Counted from the first letter of the stretch, positions 1 through 7,707 are shown. The stretch is 11,491 nt of DNA from Bdellovibrionota bacterium (GCA_044356295.1 JBIKWN010000074.1:1-11491); one strand, 5' to 3'. Notes: a model not told the origin generated them from the letters alone. A program made the numbers and translations.

Positions 1-916
1 GTAAAATTAAATATTGATTTGCCATTGCTGATGAAAAGCAGAATAGACAAAGGGTATAATATAACCATGCTGTCAAAAGGGATGATTTTTTTATTATAGG
101 AATTATTGCTGCTCCAATAAGTAACATTAGAAAGATCTTCTTTTGACCCAAAAATGGAAGGTACGTTTCAATCAATGACCATGGCGTAGCTATCCTTAGA
201 ATCTGATCGAGAAGGGTATCTGCTGGACGAGAAGAATACTTGATGACGTTATTAAGGATGCCCATTCTAGATTCTGGGTCAAAAAGCCATGGGACGAACG
301 AAGTGCAAAATATTGCTACAGAGATTATTCCAGCATAAATCAACTCTTTTCTCTTTGTAAAAAATCCATAAAGGCATATCCAAAAAGGAAAGAAAATAAA
401 ACTATGCTTAAAAATCAAAGAGCATCCAAGGAGTAGTCCTCCATAGATACTTAATCGAATAGTTGATTCTGATTTTTTGGAAAGCATTAGAACTGAAAGA
501 AGAGAAAAAAGAATGGCTATAGAATCAAATTGACAATGAAAGCCAGTGATAATCATTGATACAGGATTAAGTAGGAAAATAAGTGCAATCCTTATTCCCC
601 ATTGTCGTAACAGTAATAAGCTAATCAATATGTCAATAATGCTCAGAAAAAAAGCAATCAAGATATGAAAAGCAGTTATTGAATCTTTATAAATAAATAT
701 TGTTATCCATTTTAAAATTGCAAGAATATAAAACCAAAAAGGTCCATAGTTATAGCGGTCAGTATTTGCATAAACTGATTTACCAGCTAAGACAAGGTCA
801 CTCACTATATTAAATGAGATCAGATCCCAATTATAGCCTAAGTACGCTAACGACACTTTAACCAAGACTGACAGTATCGCTAACAAAGAGAATATAATTG
901 AATGACGAAGGTTCAT
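1..916 (-). CDS. GT-C fold polytopic membrane glycosyltransferase (GT87/DUF2029/PIG-M-like), 3'-truncated by the window edge
   Basis: Manual translation from ATG at 916 stays open to the window start (305 codons): MNLRHSIIFSLLAILSVLVKVSLAYLGYNWDLISF...GKSVYANTDRYNYGPFWFYIL...FLLNPVSMIITGFHCQFDSIAILF...GLLLGCSLIFKHSFIFFPFW...FSSAMANQYLIL. GT87/PIG-M-type motifs are present: a first-loop Asp, GxxxY...YxYxP, LNP...QFD, LG.S...K and QY. There are many hydrophobic segments. It is absent from the ORF track because it has no stop in the window. Confidence 0.8.
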   Translation of the reverse strand, partial: MNLRHSIIFSLLAILSVLVKVSLAYLGYNWDLISFNIVSDLVLAGKSVYANTDRYNYGPFWFYILAILKWITIFIYKDSITAFHILIAFFLSIIDILISLLLLRQWGIRIALIFLLNPVSMIITGFHCQFDSIAILFSLLSVLMLSKKSESTIRLSIYGGLLLGCSLIFKHSFIFFPFWICLYGFFTKRKELIYAGIISVAIFCTSFVPWLFDPESRMGILNNVIKYSSRPADTLLDQILRIATPWSLIETYLPFLGQKKIFLMLLIGAAIIPIIKKSSLLTAWLYYTLCLFCFSSAMANQYLIL

Positions 917-925
917 GAGAGTTAA

Positions 926-953
926 AGGATAGCAAAGATTATGATAATGTCCA
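926..953 (-). promoter_or_regulatory. Putative sigma70 promoter with extended -10 for the GT87-like gene
   Basis: The minus strand reads TGGACA (953-948), a 16-nt spacer ending TGC, then TATCCT (931-926), 9 nt before the ATG at 916. Confidence 0.5.
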
Positions 954-1018
954 TTGTATGGTTACGACTATCTAGAGATCCTTATTTAGAATAGTCTGAG
1001 CGAGGAGGGATATGAAAA

Positions 1019-3001
1019 GTGTTTGAAACTATATTTTTTACCATATCAAATACTCTTTTATTGCTCTTTGGATCGGTACTATTTCTAGGAATTGGATTTT
1101 GCCTAGATACTCTCTTATCTCGCTTTAGAAACACCACTGAAAAAACAGTTCAATGCAGGACTATTCATTTCTGTACCTGTGTCATGTTGGGGCAGGTTAC
1201 TGCTATCTGTTATTTCTATCTTCGCTCTAGTCTGACTAATTTCGCATCGTTGTTTATATCTTTCCATTCATTCACTTTGTGGATTGATTTTATATTCCTA
1301 GCATGTGTCGGAGTTATTTTTTTTAGAAATAGAATTCAAGAATTCATTAGTGTCCTATTCCAAGAAATTCAAAGATCAAAATCTGTCGTAGTAATTATTG
1401 TTTTGTTAGGAGCAGTGCTTGTTAATCATGAATTGCCCCGAACGTTAATGCTTTCCACAGATCCAGATCAGCATCTTTATTTTGCTACTCAAATTCATAG
1501 ATTTGGTGAAGTGCCTTTCCAGCAGCGCTGGTATGGACCAAGCTCATTTGGTTATCCTGCAGGTTTTGCTGTGTTGTCAGTGCTTTGGCATATGTTTACA
1601 ACGCTGCCGCTTCCCTGGCTTATAACTATTGTACCGATTATCCAGATACTTTTAGGGATCGGTATTGTACTTGAATTCGTTGGAAAACATATTCGTTTTA
1701 ATCCTATAACGGTCATTTTTTTGTGTTGTAGCTTTTATTTGAATTTTCTTCCGTGGGGATATCAACGTGAAGTCTGGCATTTAGAAGGAGCAGCAAGGCT
1801 TGCTTCGTTTGGGATGACTGCTTACTTGCTTGCTGTATTAGGAGAGGAGAGAAAAAATTCAGAGTTCAAACTTTTATTGATCATTGCATCTTTAGGATTT
1901 TGCAATCCTTCACTTTTGCCTCTTAGTTTTTCATTTGTTTTTTTACAAAGCTTTATCAATATTGGTTCGTCATTGATTGCAAAGTTGCGAAACTTAAGTG
2001 TTGCTACTATCACGACACTACTGTTCCTGTTTTTAGACCCTTACTATTTTCGTTTTATATTTCCTTCACTCCTTACGGCTCCTGCACACTCAGAGATTAT
2101 TTCTGAAGTAAAAGATCTCTCTAATAACAGTGCCTCGTTGTTTCTCGAACTTCTGACGATGTTCTTCCGAATCATCGATGTGCCTATTGTGGGAATAGCT
2201 TTGGGAGTCCTTATAGCTGCTCTGATTTTATGGAAGCAATTAGGGAAAAGAATCACGGTTATATATTTATTCATCCCATTCGGGGTTGTTTTAATCTATG
2301 CAGCCATTCGAACTCTTCTTCCAGTCGTCCAGCATCTGCCAGGTGGTTCGTTAATCGACCCATATATAAGACAGCATGTCATAACAGTGGCTGTTTTATA
2401 TTCCTTTGTAACATTTGTAATTATAGCTTCGCGTATTTCCAGATATACAATATTGTCATTGTTGTTAATCGTATCGACACTTTATTTTCATAAAGATATT
2501 CGGTTATTTTTTGACCATGCTAATCGATTCAACCTCAATCCACGTAATCAGTATTGTCCTGATAATCAGTGCGACTTAAAGGATGATCTCATTGTTCTTA
2601 AACAAATGGAGCGTAAATTTGAAAATTATCGTTTACTTGGACGGCCACTTGATTATGAATCTGTGCCAAAAATACTAGTTTTAAATGCACCAGTTATAAT
2701 AGGAAATGAGCGTTGGCTCTTGCCAACAGGAGCTTCGAGAATTTTGCCCACTTTTAATACATTTCCTTTAGCTTTTTATTATTTTCAAGGAAGCCCAGAC
2801 TATTCGTATGAGCTGTATCAAAAAAATATCTGCCAAAGTTTGAACCTCCAATGGTTACGTGAAAAAAATATTAGATATCTTTTTGTTCCTTCGTACAATT
2901 TTGGCTGCTTGAGAAAAAAGGCAGCACTTCTCTTACAGGGTAAGATTATTGAGCAATCAGGAAAGTCGATGTTTATCGACATATCCAATGTATCGTTTTA
3001 A
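1019..3001 (+). CDS. Polytopic membrane protein, probable GT-C superfamily glycosyltransferase with a C-terminal extracytoplasmic domain
   Basis: 660 aa with roughly 12-13 hydrophobic segments by eye. It has a loop motif STDPDQHLYFATQI...YGPSSFGYPAGF (D..H...YP.GF, seen in GT-C-like families) and a soluble C-terminal ~165 aa containing Cys residues (CPDNQC, NIC, FGC) and an 'NIRYLFV' motif. GAGGAGG at 1002-1008 precedes the GTG start. Confidence 0.65.
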   Translation: MFETIFFTISNTLLLLFGSVLFLGIGFCLDTLLSRFRNTTEKTVQCRTIHFCTCVMLGQVTAICYFYLRSSLTNFASLFISFHSFTLWIDFIFLACVGVIFFRNRIQEFISVLFQEIQRSKSVVVIIVLLGAVLVNHELPRTLMLSTDPDQHLYFATQIHRFGEVPFQQRWYGPSSFGYPAGFAVLSVLWHMFTTLPLPWLITIVPIIQILLGIGIVLEFVGKHIRFNPITVIFLCCSFYLNFLPWGYQREVWHLEGAARLASFGMTAYLLAVLGEERKNSEFKLLLIIASLGFCNPSLLPLSFSFVFLQSFINIGSSLIAKLRNLSVATITTLLFLFLDPYYFRFIFPSLLTAPAHSEIISEVKDLSNNSASLFLELLTMFFRIIDVPIVGIALGVLIAALILWKQLGKRITVIYLFIPFGVVLIYAAIRTLLPVVQHLPGGSLIDPYIRQHVITVAVLYSFVTFVIIASRISRYTILSLLLIVSTLYFHKDIRLFFDHANRFNLNPRNQYCPDNQCDLKDDLIVLKQMERKFENYRLLGRPLDYESVPKILVLNAPVIIGNERWLLPTGASRILPTFNTFPLAFYYFQGSPDYSYELYQKNICQSLNLQWLREKNIRYLFVPSYNFGCLRKKAALLLQGKIIEQSGKSMFIDISNVSF

Positions 3002-3004
3002 TAC

Positions 3005-4459
3005 TTAGCGAAACATTGGAGAAAGAAAATACTCTGCAACAGAGAAATAAATAACAAGACCGGTTACATCAACAAGTGTGGCAACAAAAGGAGCGCTTGA
3101 CGTTGCAGGGTCTGCCCCCATTTTTTTAAGAATAAATGGAAGCATTGACCCAGTTAATGATCCCCAGAGCACAACACCAACAAGTGAGATACAAACAGTT
3201 GAAGCGACGAGCATCCAGTGTTCTCCATAGATATGAAAAGCTGATTGCCAGATGAGTATTCGAATAAAACCGATACATCCAAGAATCAATCCCAGAATTA
3301 ATCCTGATGGGAGTTCTCGAAGAAAGACTTTATACCAATCTTTAATTTCAATCTCACCTATTGCAAGGGCTCGAATAACAAGTGTAGAAGCCTGCGATCC
3401 AGCATTACCACCACTTGATATAATGAGCGGAACAAAAAGAGCAAGCACCACTGCCCGTGCAATTTCATCTTCGAAGTATGACATTGCAGAGGCGGTAAAC
3501 ATTTCGCCTATGAAAAGAAAGATAAGCCAATTAGCACGTTTACGAACCAGATTGAGCATCGATGTTTGCATATAGGGATCATCGAGTGCTTCAACGGCAC
3601 CAAGTTTTTGGATGTCTTCTGTTGTCTCTTCTTCAGCGATATCAAAAACGTCATCAATCGTAATGATACCAAGCATTATCCCTTGCAGATCGGTGACTGG
3701 CAGAACTGTTCGGTCATATTTTTTAAATAATTCGACTGCATCTTCTTGATCCTGAGTAGCAAAAATTTTTACTACTGCTTCATGCATAAGATCGGAAACG
3801 AGTGTGTCAGGTGAAGCAAGAAGAATATCTCTAATACGGATATCATCGATGAGGATTCCGCTATCATCAACAACATAGATATGATTTAACGAATCACTGT
3901 CTTGTCCATATTTACGAACGTGCTCAAGAACTTTTTGAACAGACATATCAGGCTTTACCATGACGTAGTCTGGCGTCATGTGACGTCCAACACTTGTTTC
4001 TGGATAGCCTAAAAGGCTTGAAGCAATAGTTCGTTCTTCGCGATTTAATAGTAATAAAAGTTTTCGAACTGCTGCAGCAGGTAATTCCTCAAAAAAAGCA
4101 GTACGGTCATCGGCTGACATTTCGTTAAGAAGTACTGCGATACGTTGATCGCCTAATGCATGAACAAGCGCTTCTTGAATTTCGCTGGCAAGCTCTGAAA
4201 AGACGTCACTCGCAAGATCTCGTGGAAGAATACGAAAAACAATAACTTGATCGTCGTTACTAATCTCTTCAAGTACTTCTGCTATATCTGCAGGCGCTAA
4301 TTCTGAGAGTATATCTCTTAAGTCGTGTAAATCTCGTTTTAAAATTAGTTCTTGAACCTGTTTTTGGATAGCACGAAGCCGCTCGGCATGTTCTAACGTT
4401 GCTGAATTTTCAACAGAGGATATTTCTTGCGGTATGGAGAGCTCTTTTTCTTCGCTCAT
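3005..4459 (-). CDS. mgtE: Magnesium transporter MgtE (N-domain, CBS pair, 5-TM domain)
   Basis: MgtE_N (LAPADIAEVLEE...MSADDRTAFFEELP), CBS pair (YPETSVGRHMTPDY...LGIITIDDVFD), and TM motifs SSGGNAGSQASTLVIRALA and DPATSSAPFVATLVDVTGL with the pore Asp. SD GGAGG lies upstream. Confidence 0.97.
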   Translation of the reverse strand: MSEEKELSIPQEISSVENSATLEHAERLRAIQKQVQELILKRDLHDLRDILSELAPADIAEVLEEISNDDQVIVFRILPRDLASDVFSELASEIQEALVHALGDQRIAVLLNEMSADDRTAFFEELPAAAVRKLLLLLNREERTIASSLLGYPETSVGRHMTPDYVMVKPDMSVQKVLEHVRKYGQDSDSLNHIYVVDDSGILIDDIRIRDILLASPDTLVSDLMHEAVVKIFATQDQEDAVELFKKYDRTVLPVTDLQGIMLGIITIDDVFDIAEEETTEDIQKLGAVEALDDPYMQTSMLNLVRKRANWLIFLFIGEMFTASAMSYFEDEIARAVVLALFVPLIISSGGNAGSQASTLVIRALAIGEIEIKDWYKVFLRELPSGLILGLILGCIGFIRILIWQSAFHIYGEHWMLVASTVCISLVGVVLWGSLTGSMLPFILKKMGADPATSSAPFVATLVDVTGLVIYFSVAEYFLSPMFR

Positions 4460-4463
4460 AACT

Positions 4464-4510
4464 GTCTCCCTCCGCAGATTGGGTTAATTGGCTTTGCATA
4501 TAAAAGAGAC
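4464..4510 (-). promoter_or_regulatory. Hairpin sequestering the mgtE Shine-Dalgarno sequence (fourU-like)
   Basis: mRNA GUCUCUUUU (4510-4502) can pair with GAGGGAGAC (4472-4464), giving 9 bp including 3 G-U. The stem extends by UGCA/UGCG after a 3-nt bulge. Confidence 0.4.
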
Positions 4511-4527
4511 TCGCACAAAAAAAATAT

Positions 4528-6969
4528 TTAGTCACCCCTCGAAGCATTCCATGGACGTTCAACTCGTGTTCGTTCAGCCAATCTAAAATCTTCACTTTGC
4601 ACAGTTAGATTTGGATTGTATGCAGGATCGTTCAATAGCGCGTCTTTCCAGCGAGTTTTCATCACGATGGACTCTCTTTCAAATCGGGCAAATTTTTCAG
4701 GAGAATGTTCATATCCTCTGCTGATTGATTCATAGTGAAATGCCTCTGCATAGGGGGTCCAGACGTTTAGAAATCCAGCCTCTCGAATTTTTAAGCAGAG
4801 GTCTACATCATTAAAAGCGATAGCCAGCGATGCTTCATCAAAACCACCTACTTTTTCAAAAACATCTTTGCGGACTAAAAGACAGGCGGCAGTAACTGCA
4901 GAGAAGTTCTGAGCTAAAATGGCACGATTAAAATATCCAAAATGTGATCGAGGCATTCCTTTGTGAGCATGACCACCAACACCACCGATACCAAGAATAA
5001 CGCCACCATGTTGTAGTAGGTTATTGGGAAACCAAAGTCTGGCACCGACAGCACCGTTTTGTTTTCGTACAACGTGACTGACCATTTCCGAAAGCCACTC
5101 TTCACTAATAATTTCTAGATCGTTATTGAGAAAACCAAAAATCTGACCTTTGGCGTGTTTGGTAGCATTATTATTAAGTGCTGAAAAATTAAATGGTCCG
5201 TCGTCACGTACGACTGTAATGTTTTTATGTTCTTGAATCTTTGTGAAATATTGAAGTGAAGTTGGTTCTACACTTCCATTATCAATAATTATAATTTCAT
5301 AATTTTTGTAACTTGTTTTTTTAAGGATACTTGAAATGCATCGAGATAAAATATCAATTTTATCTCGTGTAGGAATAATAATTGAGACAAGCTGCTCAGG
5401 AACGGGGAGGGGATAACGAATTCGACACTGAGAAATTGCATCGATTGTTTCAACTTTTGCAGCTTCATTGATTCTAACAAAATGTTCTTCAAGAGCGCGT
5501 TGAGCAGCAATTAAAGCGTATGGCTTAAATCCAGCACTTTGAGCCGTTGAACCTTCGATTGCTCGCCAATGATATAAGACAAATGGAATATGACGAATTT
5601 GTGAATGAGTGAGTTGTTCGGTTATCCGAAGAAAAAGATCCCAGTCCTGAGAACCTTCAAATCCAGCCCGAAAGCCACCTACTAAATCAAATAATGATTT
5701 TTTGAATAGAGTAAAATGGCAGATGAAATTTTGTTGAACAAACAGTTCAGGATTCCAATCAGATTTGAAATAAGGATTAAAACGTCCTCCAAAAGCATTA
5801 ATTTTATCTTCGTCGCTATAAACAAGCCCAGCATCGGGGAACTTATTGAGCTCAACAATATTCATGTATAAAGCGTGAGGTCGCAGCTCATCGTCATGAT
5901 CGAGCAATCCTATATAATCACCCGTTGCAAGTTTAGCAGCATCGTTACTTGTTTTTGAAATGTGACCGTTTTCTTTTCGAAAATAAATTTTAATTCGAGG
6001 ATCTTTTAACGCATATCCTTCCAGGATGTTTCGTATTTCATTTTTAGGTGAAGCATCATCTGCTATGCAAAGTTCCCAGTTTTGATACACCTGTTGTTGC
6101 ACTGATTCAATGGCACGCTTGAGCAGGGCAATTGGTGTATTATATGTAGGAACAAGGATAGAAATCTTTGGTTGGAATGAGAGTGTATCAAGATGTGACC
6201 TCATTGCTTTTAAATCGCTATCAGTCAGTGTGTCATTTTTATCAATCCATTCATCGTAACTTTGAGTTGGTTCATCACCAACAAGTTTCAAACGAAGAGA
6301 GTGCAGTCCGCCAACCTTATATAATTGAAGTGCTTTTTTAATTTTTGGTAACCAATACTTGGGATCATTTCCCATTTTACTTTGAATGAGACGAAAGAAG
6401 ACTTGCAGTGAACCGATTGATTGAACTTCTTTCAATGAAATTGTTTGAGTCTCTCCGGTTTCGAAAAAATCAATTCGTATTTTGGTAACACCAGATTCCG
6501 GTATGTTAACGGTGACAAAAGGTTTTTCAGGTGAAATTAAAATAAATCGTTTATGAAGATCTGAATATCCATCGCCCTCATCGTATGAAAGGTGAAAATA
6601 GATCGGTTTGGTTATTTTAAATGTCAGTAGTTTCCATCCGCGAGCAAATTTTGAAATTGTACTTGGAGCATAGGCGATAAAAGGATTGCCAGGCTTTGTT
6701 TCGTATGTCCCTTCACTCAGTTCAGTAATGTCTTGAGTATCAACTCTTACAAAAGCATGCCGTGTAAACTTAAAGAGAGGGAAAGCAATACGTTTGAACC
6801 AAATCAGGGCTCTGAGTGGTTTTGTAATCTTCCATGACCGGGAGTGGTTGATATCATAGAGAATCTTCTCGAGGTTCTGTTTCTCTTCTAAGAGTTTTTC
6901 GTAATCGGCATGTGAAATTTCTTTCTCATGACCTTCATTTTTCTCGTGCTTTTTCATAACTCGCGCCAT
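4528..6969 (-). CDS. Tandem family-2 glycosyltransferase (RfbC/WsaE-like surface polysaccharide biosynthesis) with N-terminal coiled coil
   Basis: First GT2 domain: PKISILVPTYN...WELCIADDAS...YIGLLDHDDEL...GFEGSQDWDL. Second GT2 domain: LVSIIIPTRD...YEIIIIDNGS...FNFSALNN...FLNNDLE...SAVTAACLL...AFNDVDLCL...YHYESISRG...DPAYNPNL. The N-terminal helical segment ends in SRSWKITKPLR, a motif typical of this family. Confidence 0.93.
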   Translation of the reverse strand: MARVMKKHEKNEGHEKEISHADYEKLLEEKQNLEKILYDINHSRSWKITKPLRALIWFKRIAFPLFKFTRHAFVRVDTQDITELSEGTYETKPGNPFIAYAPSTISKFARGWKLLTFKITKPIYFHLSYDEGDGYSDLHKRFILISPEKPFVTVNIPESGVTKIRIDFFETGETQTISLKEVQSIGSLQVFFRLIQSKMGNDPKYWLPKIKKALQLYKVGGLHSLRLKLVGDEPTQSYDEWIDKNDTLTDSDLKAMRSHLDTLSFQPKISILVPTYNTPIALLKRAIESVQQQVYQNWELCIADDASPKNEIRNILEGYALKDPRIKIYFRKENGHISKTSNDAAKLATGDYIGLLDHDDELRPHALYMNIVELNKFPDAGLVYSDEDKINAFGGRFNPYFKSDWNPELFVQQNFICHFTLFKKSLFDLVGGFRAGFEGSQDWDLFLRITEQLTHSQIRHIPFVLYHWRAIEGSTAQSAGFKPYALIAAQRALEEHFVRINEAAKVETIDAISQCRIRYPLPVPEQLVSIIIPTRDKIDILSRCISSILKKTSYKNYEIIIIDNGSVEPTSLQYFTKIQEHKNITVVRDDGPFNFSALNNNATKHAKGQIFGFLNNDLEIISEEWLSEMVSHVVRKQNGAVGARLWFPNNLLQHGGVILGIGGVGGHAHKGMPRSHFGYFNRAILAQNFSAVTAACLLVRKDVFEKVGGFDEASLAIAFNDVDLCLKIREAGFLNVWTPYAEAFHYESISRGYEHSPEKFARFERESIVMKTRWKDALLNDPAYNPNLTVQSEDFRLAERTRVERPWNASRGD

Positions 6970-6981
6970 CTTAAGAGGTGC

Positions 6982-7009
6982 AGTATAGAGTAGGTAAATT
7001 TTTCCTCAA
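6982..7009 (-). promoter_or_regulatory. Putative sigma70 promoter for the GT2-mgtE unit
   Basis: The minus strand reads TTGAGG (7009-7004)-N16-TATACT (6987-6982), 12 nt before the ATG at 6969. Confidence 0.55.
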
Positions 7010-7032
7010 GTTTTAACATAGGATGACGATGG
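7006..7032 (+). promoter_or_regulatory. Putative sigma28 (FliA/SigD) promoter
   Basis: TCAAGTTT (7006-7013)-N11-GACGATGG (7025-7032), compared with the consensus TAAAGTTT-N11-GCCGATAA. Spacing is exact and the core CGAT is kept. Confidence 0.6.
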
Positions 7033-7058
7033 ATTATTCATCGAGGCAACAAAAGGAT

Positions 7059-7406
7059 ATGTCGCTTAAAGTAGTATTAGGAACAGTTGAGAAGAATCGG
7101 GTCGACCAAAAGTCGATTAAAGATGCTGCTACGCTGAACCAAGATAAGCCTCAAACCAATCCGCAATCAATTGCAGCTCAGTCAAATCTAGCCAAGGCAG
7201 TGCTAAATAATGATGCAGTTATATCTACCTTGAGAGGGTTTAGAACCTCTTCTTTGGGGAATTCGGAGTCTTTGAAGGACGTCAAAAAAGCTAGTGAACT
7301 GGCAGAATCAGTTGCAGAGAGAATAAGAGAAGATAAAGACGGCGAAGCAAGTGGAGCTCATGATGGATTGAGTTCAGAAAAAAGCGGTTCTACCTTAGTA
7401 AATTAG
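7059..7406 (+). CDS. Hypothetical 115-aa protein with a flagellin C-terminal (D0)-like tail; the ORF could extend to ATG 7023
   Basis: The ATGs at 7023 and 7029 fall inside the sigma28-like promoter, so the in-frame ATG at 7059 (MSLKVVLG...) is preferred. The N-terminal half is low-complexity and polar. The C-terminal ESLKDVKKASELAESVAERIRED...GAHDGLSSEKSGSTLVN follows the flagellin C-terminal pattern. Confidence 0.7.
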   Translation: MSLKVVLGTVEKNRVDQKSIKDAATLNQDKPQTNPQSIAAQSNLAKAVLNNDAVISTLRGFRTSSLGNSESLKDVKKASELAESVAERIREDKDGEASGAHDGLSSEKSGSTLVN

Positions 7407-7412
7407 TCTCTA

Positions 7413-7441
7413 TTGTTGAATTTTATCGGTATCTGTAAAGT
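7413..7441 (+). promoter_or_regulatory. Possible sigma70 promoter for the small secreted protein gene
   Basis: TTGTTG (7413-7418)-N17-TAAAGT (7436-7441), 10 nt before the ATG at 7452. Confidence 0.35.
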
Positions 7442-7451
7442 CTATAGGTAG

Positions 7452-7688
7452 ATGAAACGTATCTTTTTAGCCTTATTTTTAGCCTCTCTAAGCGTAGTAA
7501 ACGCTCATTCTGCCTCTGCTCGTGTCTTTGCCAATAACGACATGGTTAAAGGTGAAATTGGGACTAGAATTCACTATCAAGTCAAGCTCAAAAATCTTCC
7601 TCAGCTAACTTATCAAAATGACGAGGGAAATACCTATTCCGGGGACTCTTCTAATGATGATTCCGGCGAAGATTTTGAGAAAGAGTAG
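7452..7688 (+). CDS. Small secreted hypothetical protein (Sec signal peptide, acidic tail)
   Basis: MKR, a hydrophobic core (IFLALFLASLSVV) and an A-S-A cleavage site give a ~55-aa mature peptide ending in D/E/S-rich YSGDSSNDDSGEDFEKE. It fills the gap without overlapping neighbours. Confidence 0.7.
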   Translation: MKRIFLALFLASLSVVNAHSASARVFANNDMVKGEIGTRIHYQVKLKNLPQLTYQNDEGNTYSGDSSNDDSGEDFEKE

Positions 7689-7707
7689 TATTTTTCGTCT
7701 GCTTTAT

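Noticed and set aside
1822..2493. ORFs 1822-2013 (-), 2044-2274 (-) and 2230-2493 (+)
   Set aside because: All are nested in the 660-aa CDS (antisense or alternate frame) with no recognisable motifs; these are typical shadow ORFs.
3252..3575. 107-aa plus-strand ORF with apparent INPR repeats
   Set aside because: It is the antisense mirror of the mgtE TM region; the repeat reflects GLILGLILG codons.
4460..4527. M-box (ykoK) riboswitch upstream of mgtE
   Set aside because: The gap is only 68 nt, far shorter than an M-box aptamer plus its terminator platform.
4410..4595. 61-aa minus ORF spanning the GT2-mgtE gap as a possible mgtL-like leader peptide
   Set aside because: It overlaps both neighbouring CDSs, contains no proline (mgtL-type leaders are Pro-rich) and has no evident initiation signal.
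4914..5510. ORFs 4914-5105 (-) and 5289-5510 (-)
   Set aside because: Alternate frames inside the well-supported GT2 gene.
7023..7058. ORF-track start at 7023 for the 127-aa protein
   Set aside because: It lies within the sigma28-like promoter, upstream of the predicted TSS. ATG 7059 is preferred, though this is not proven.
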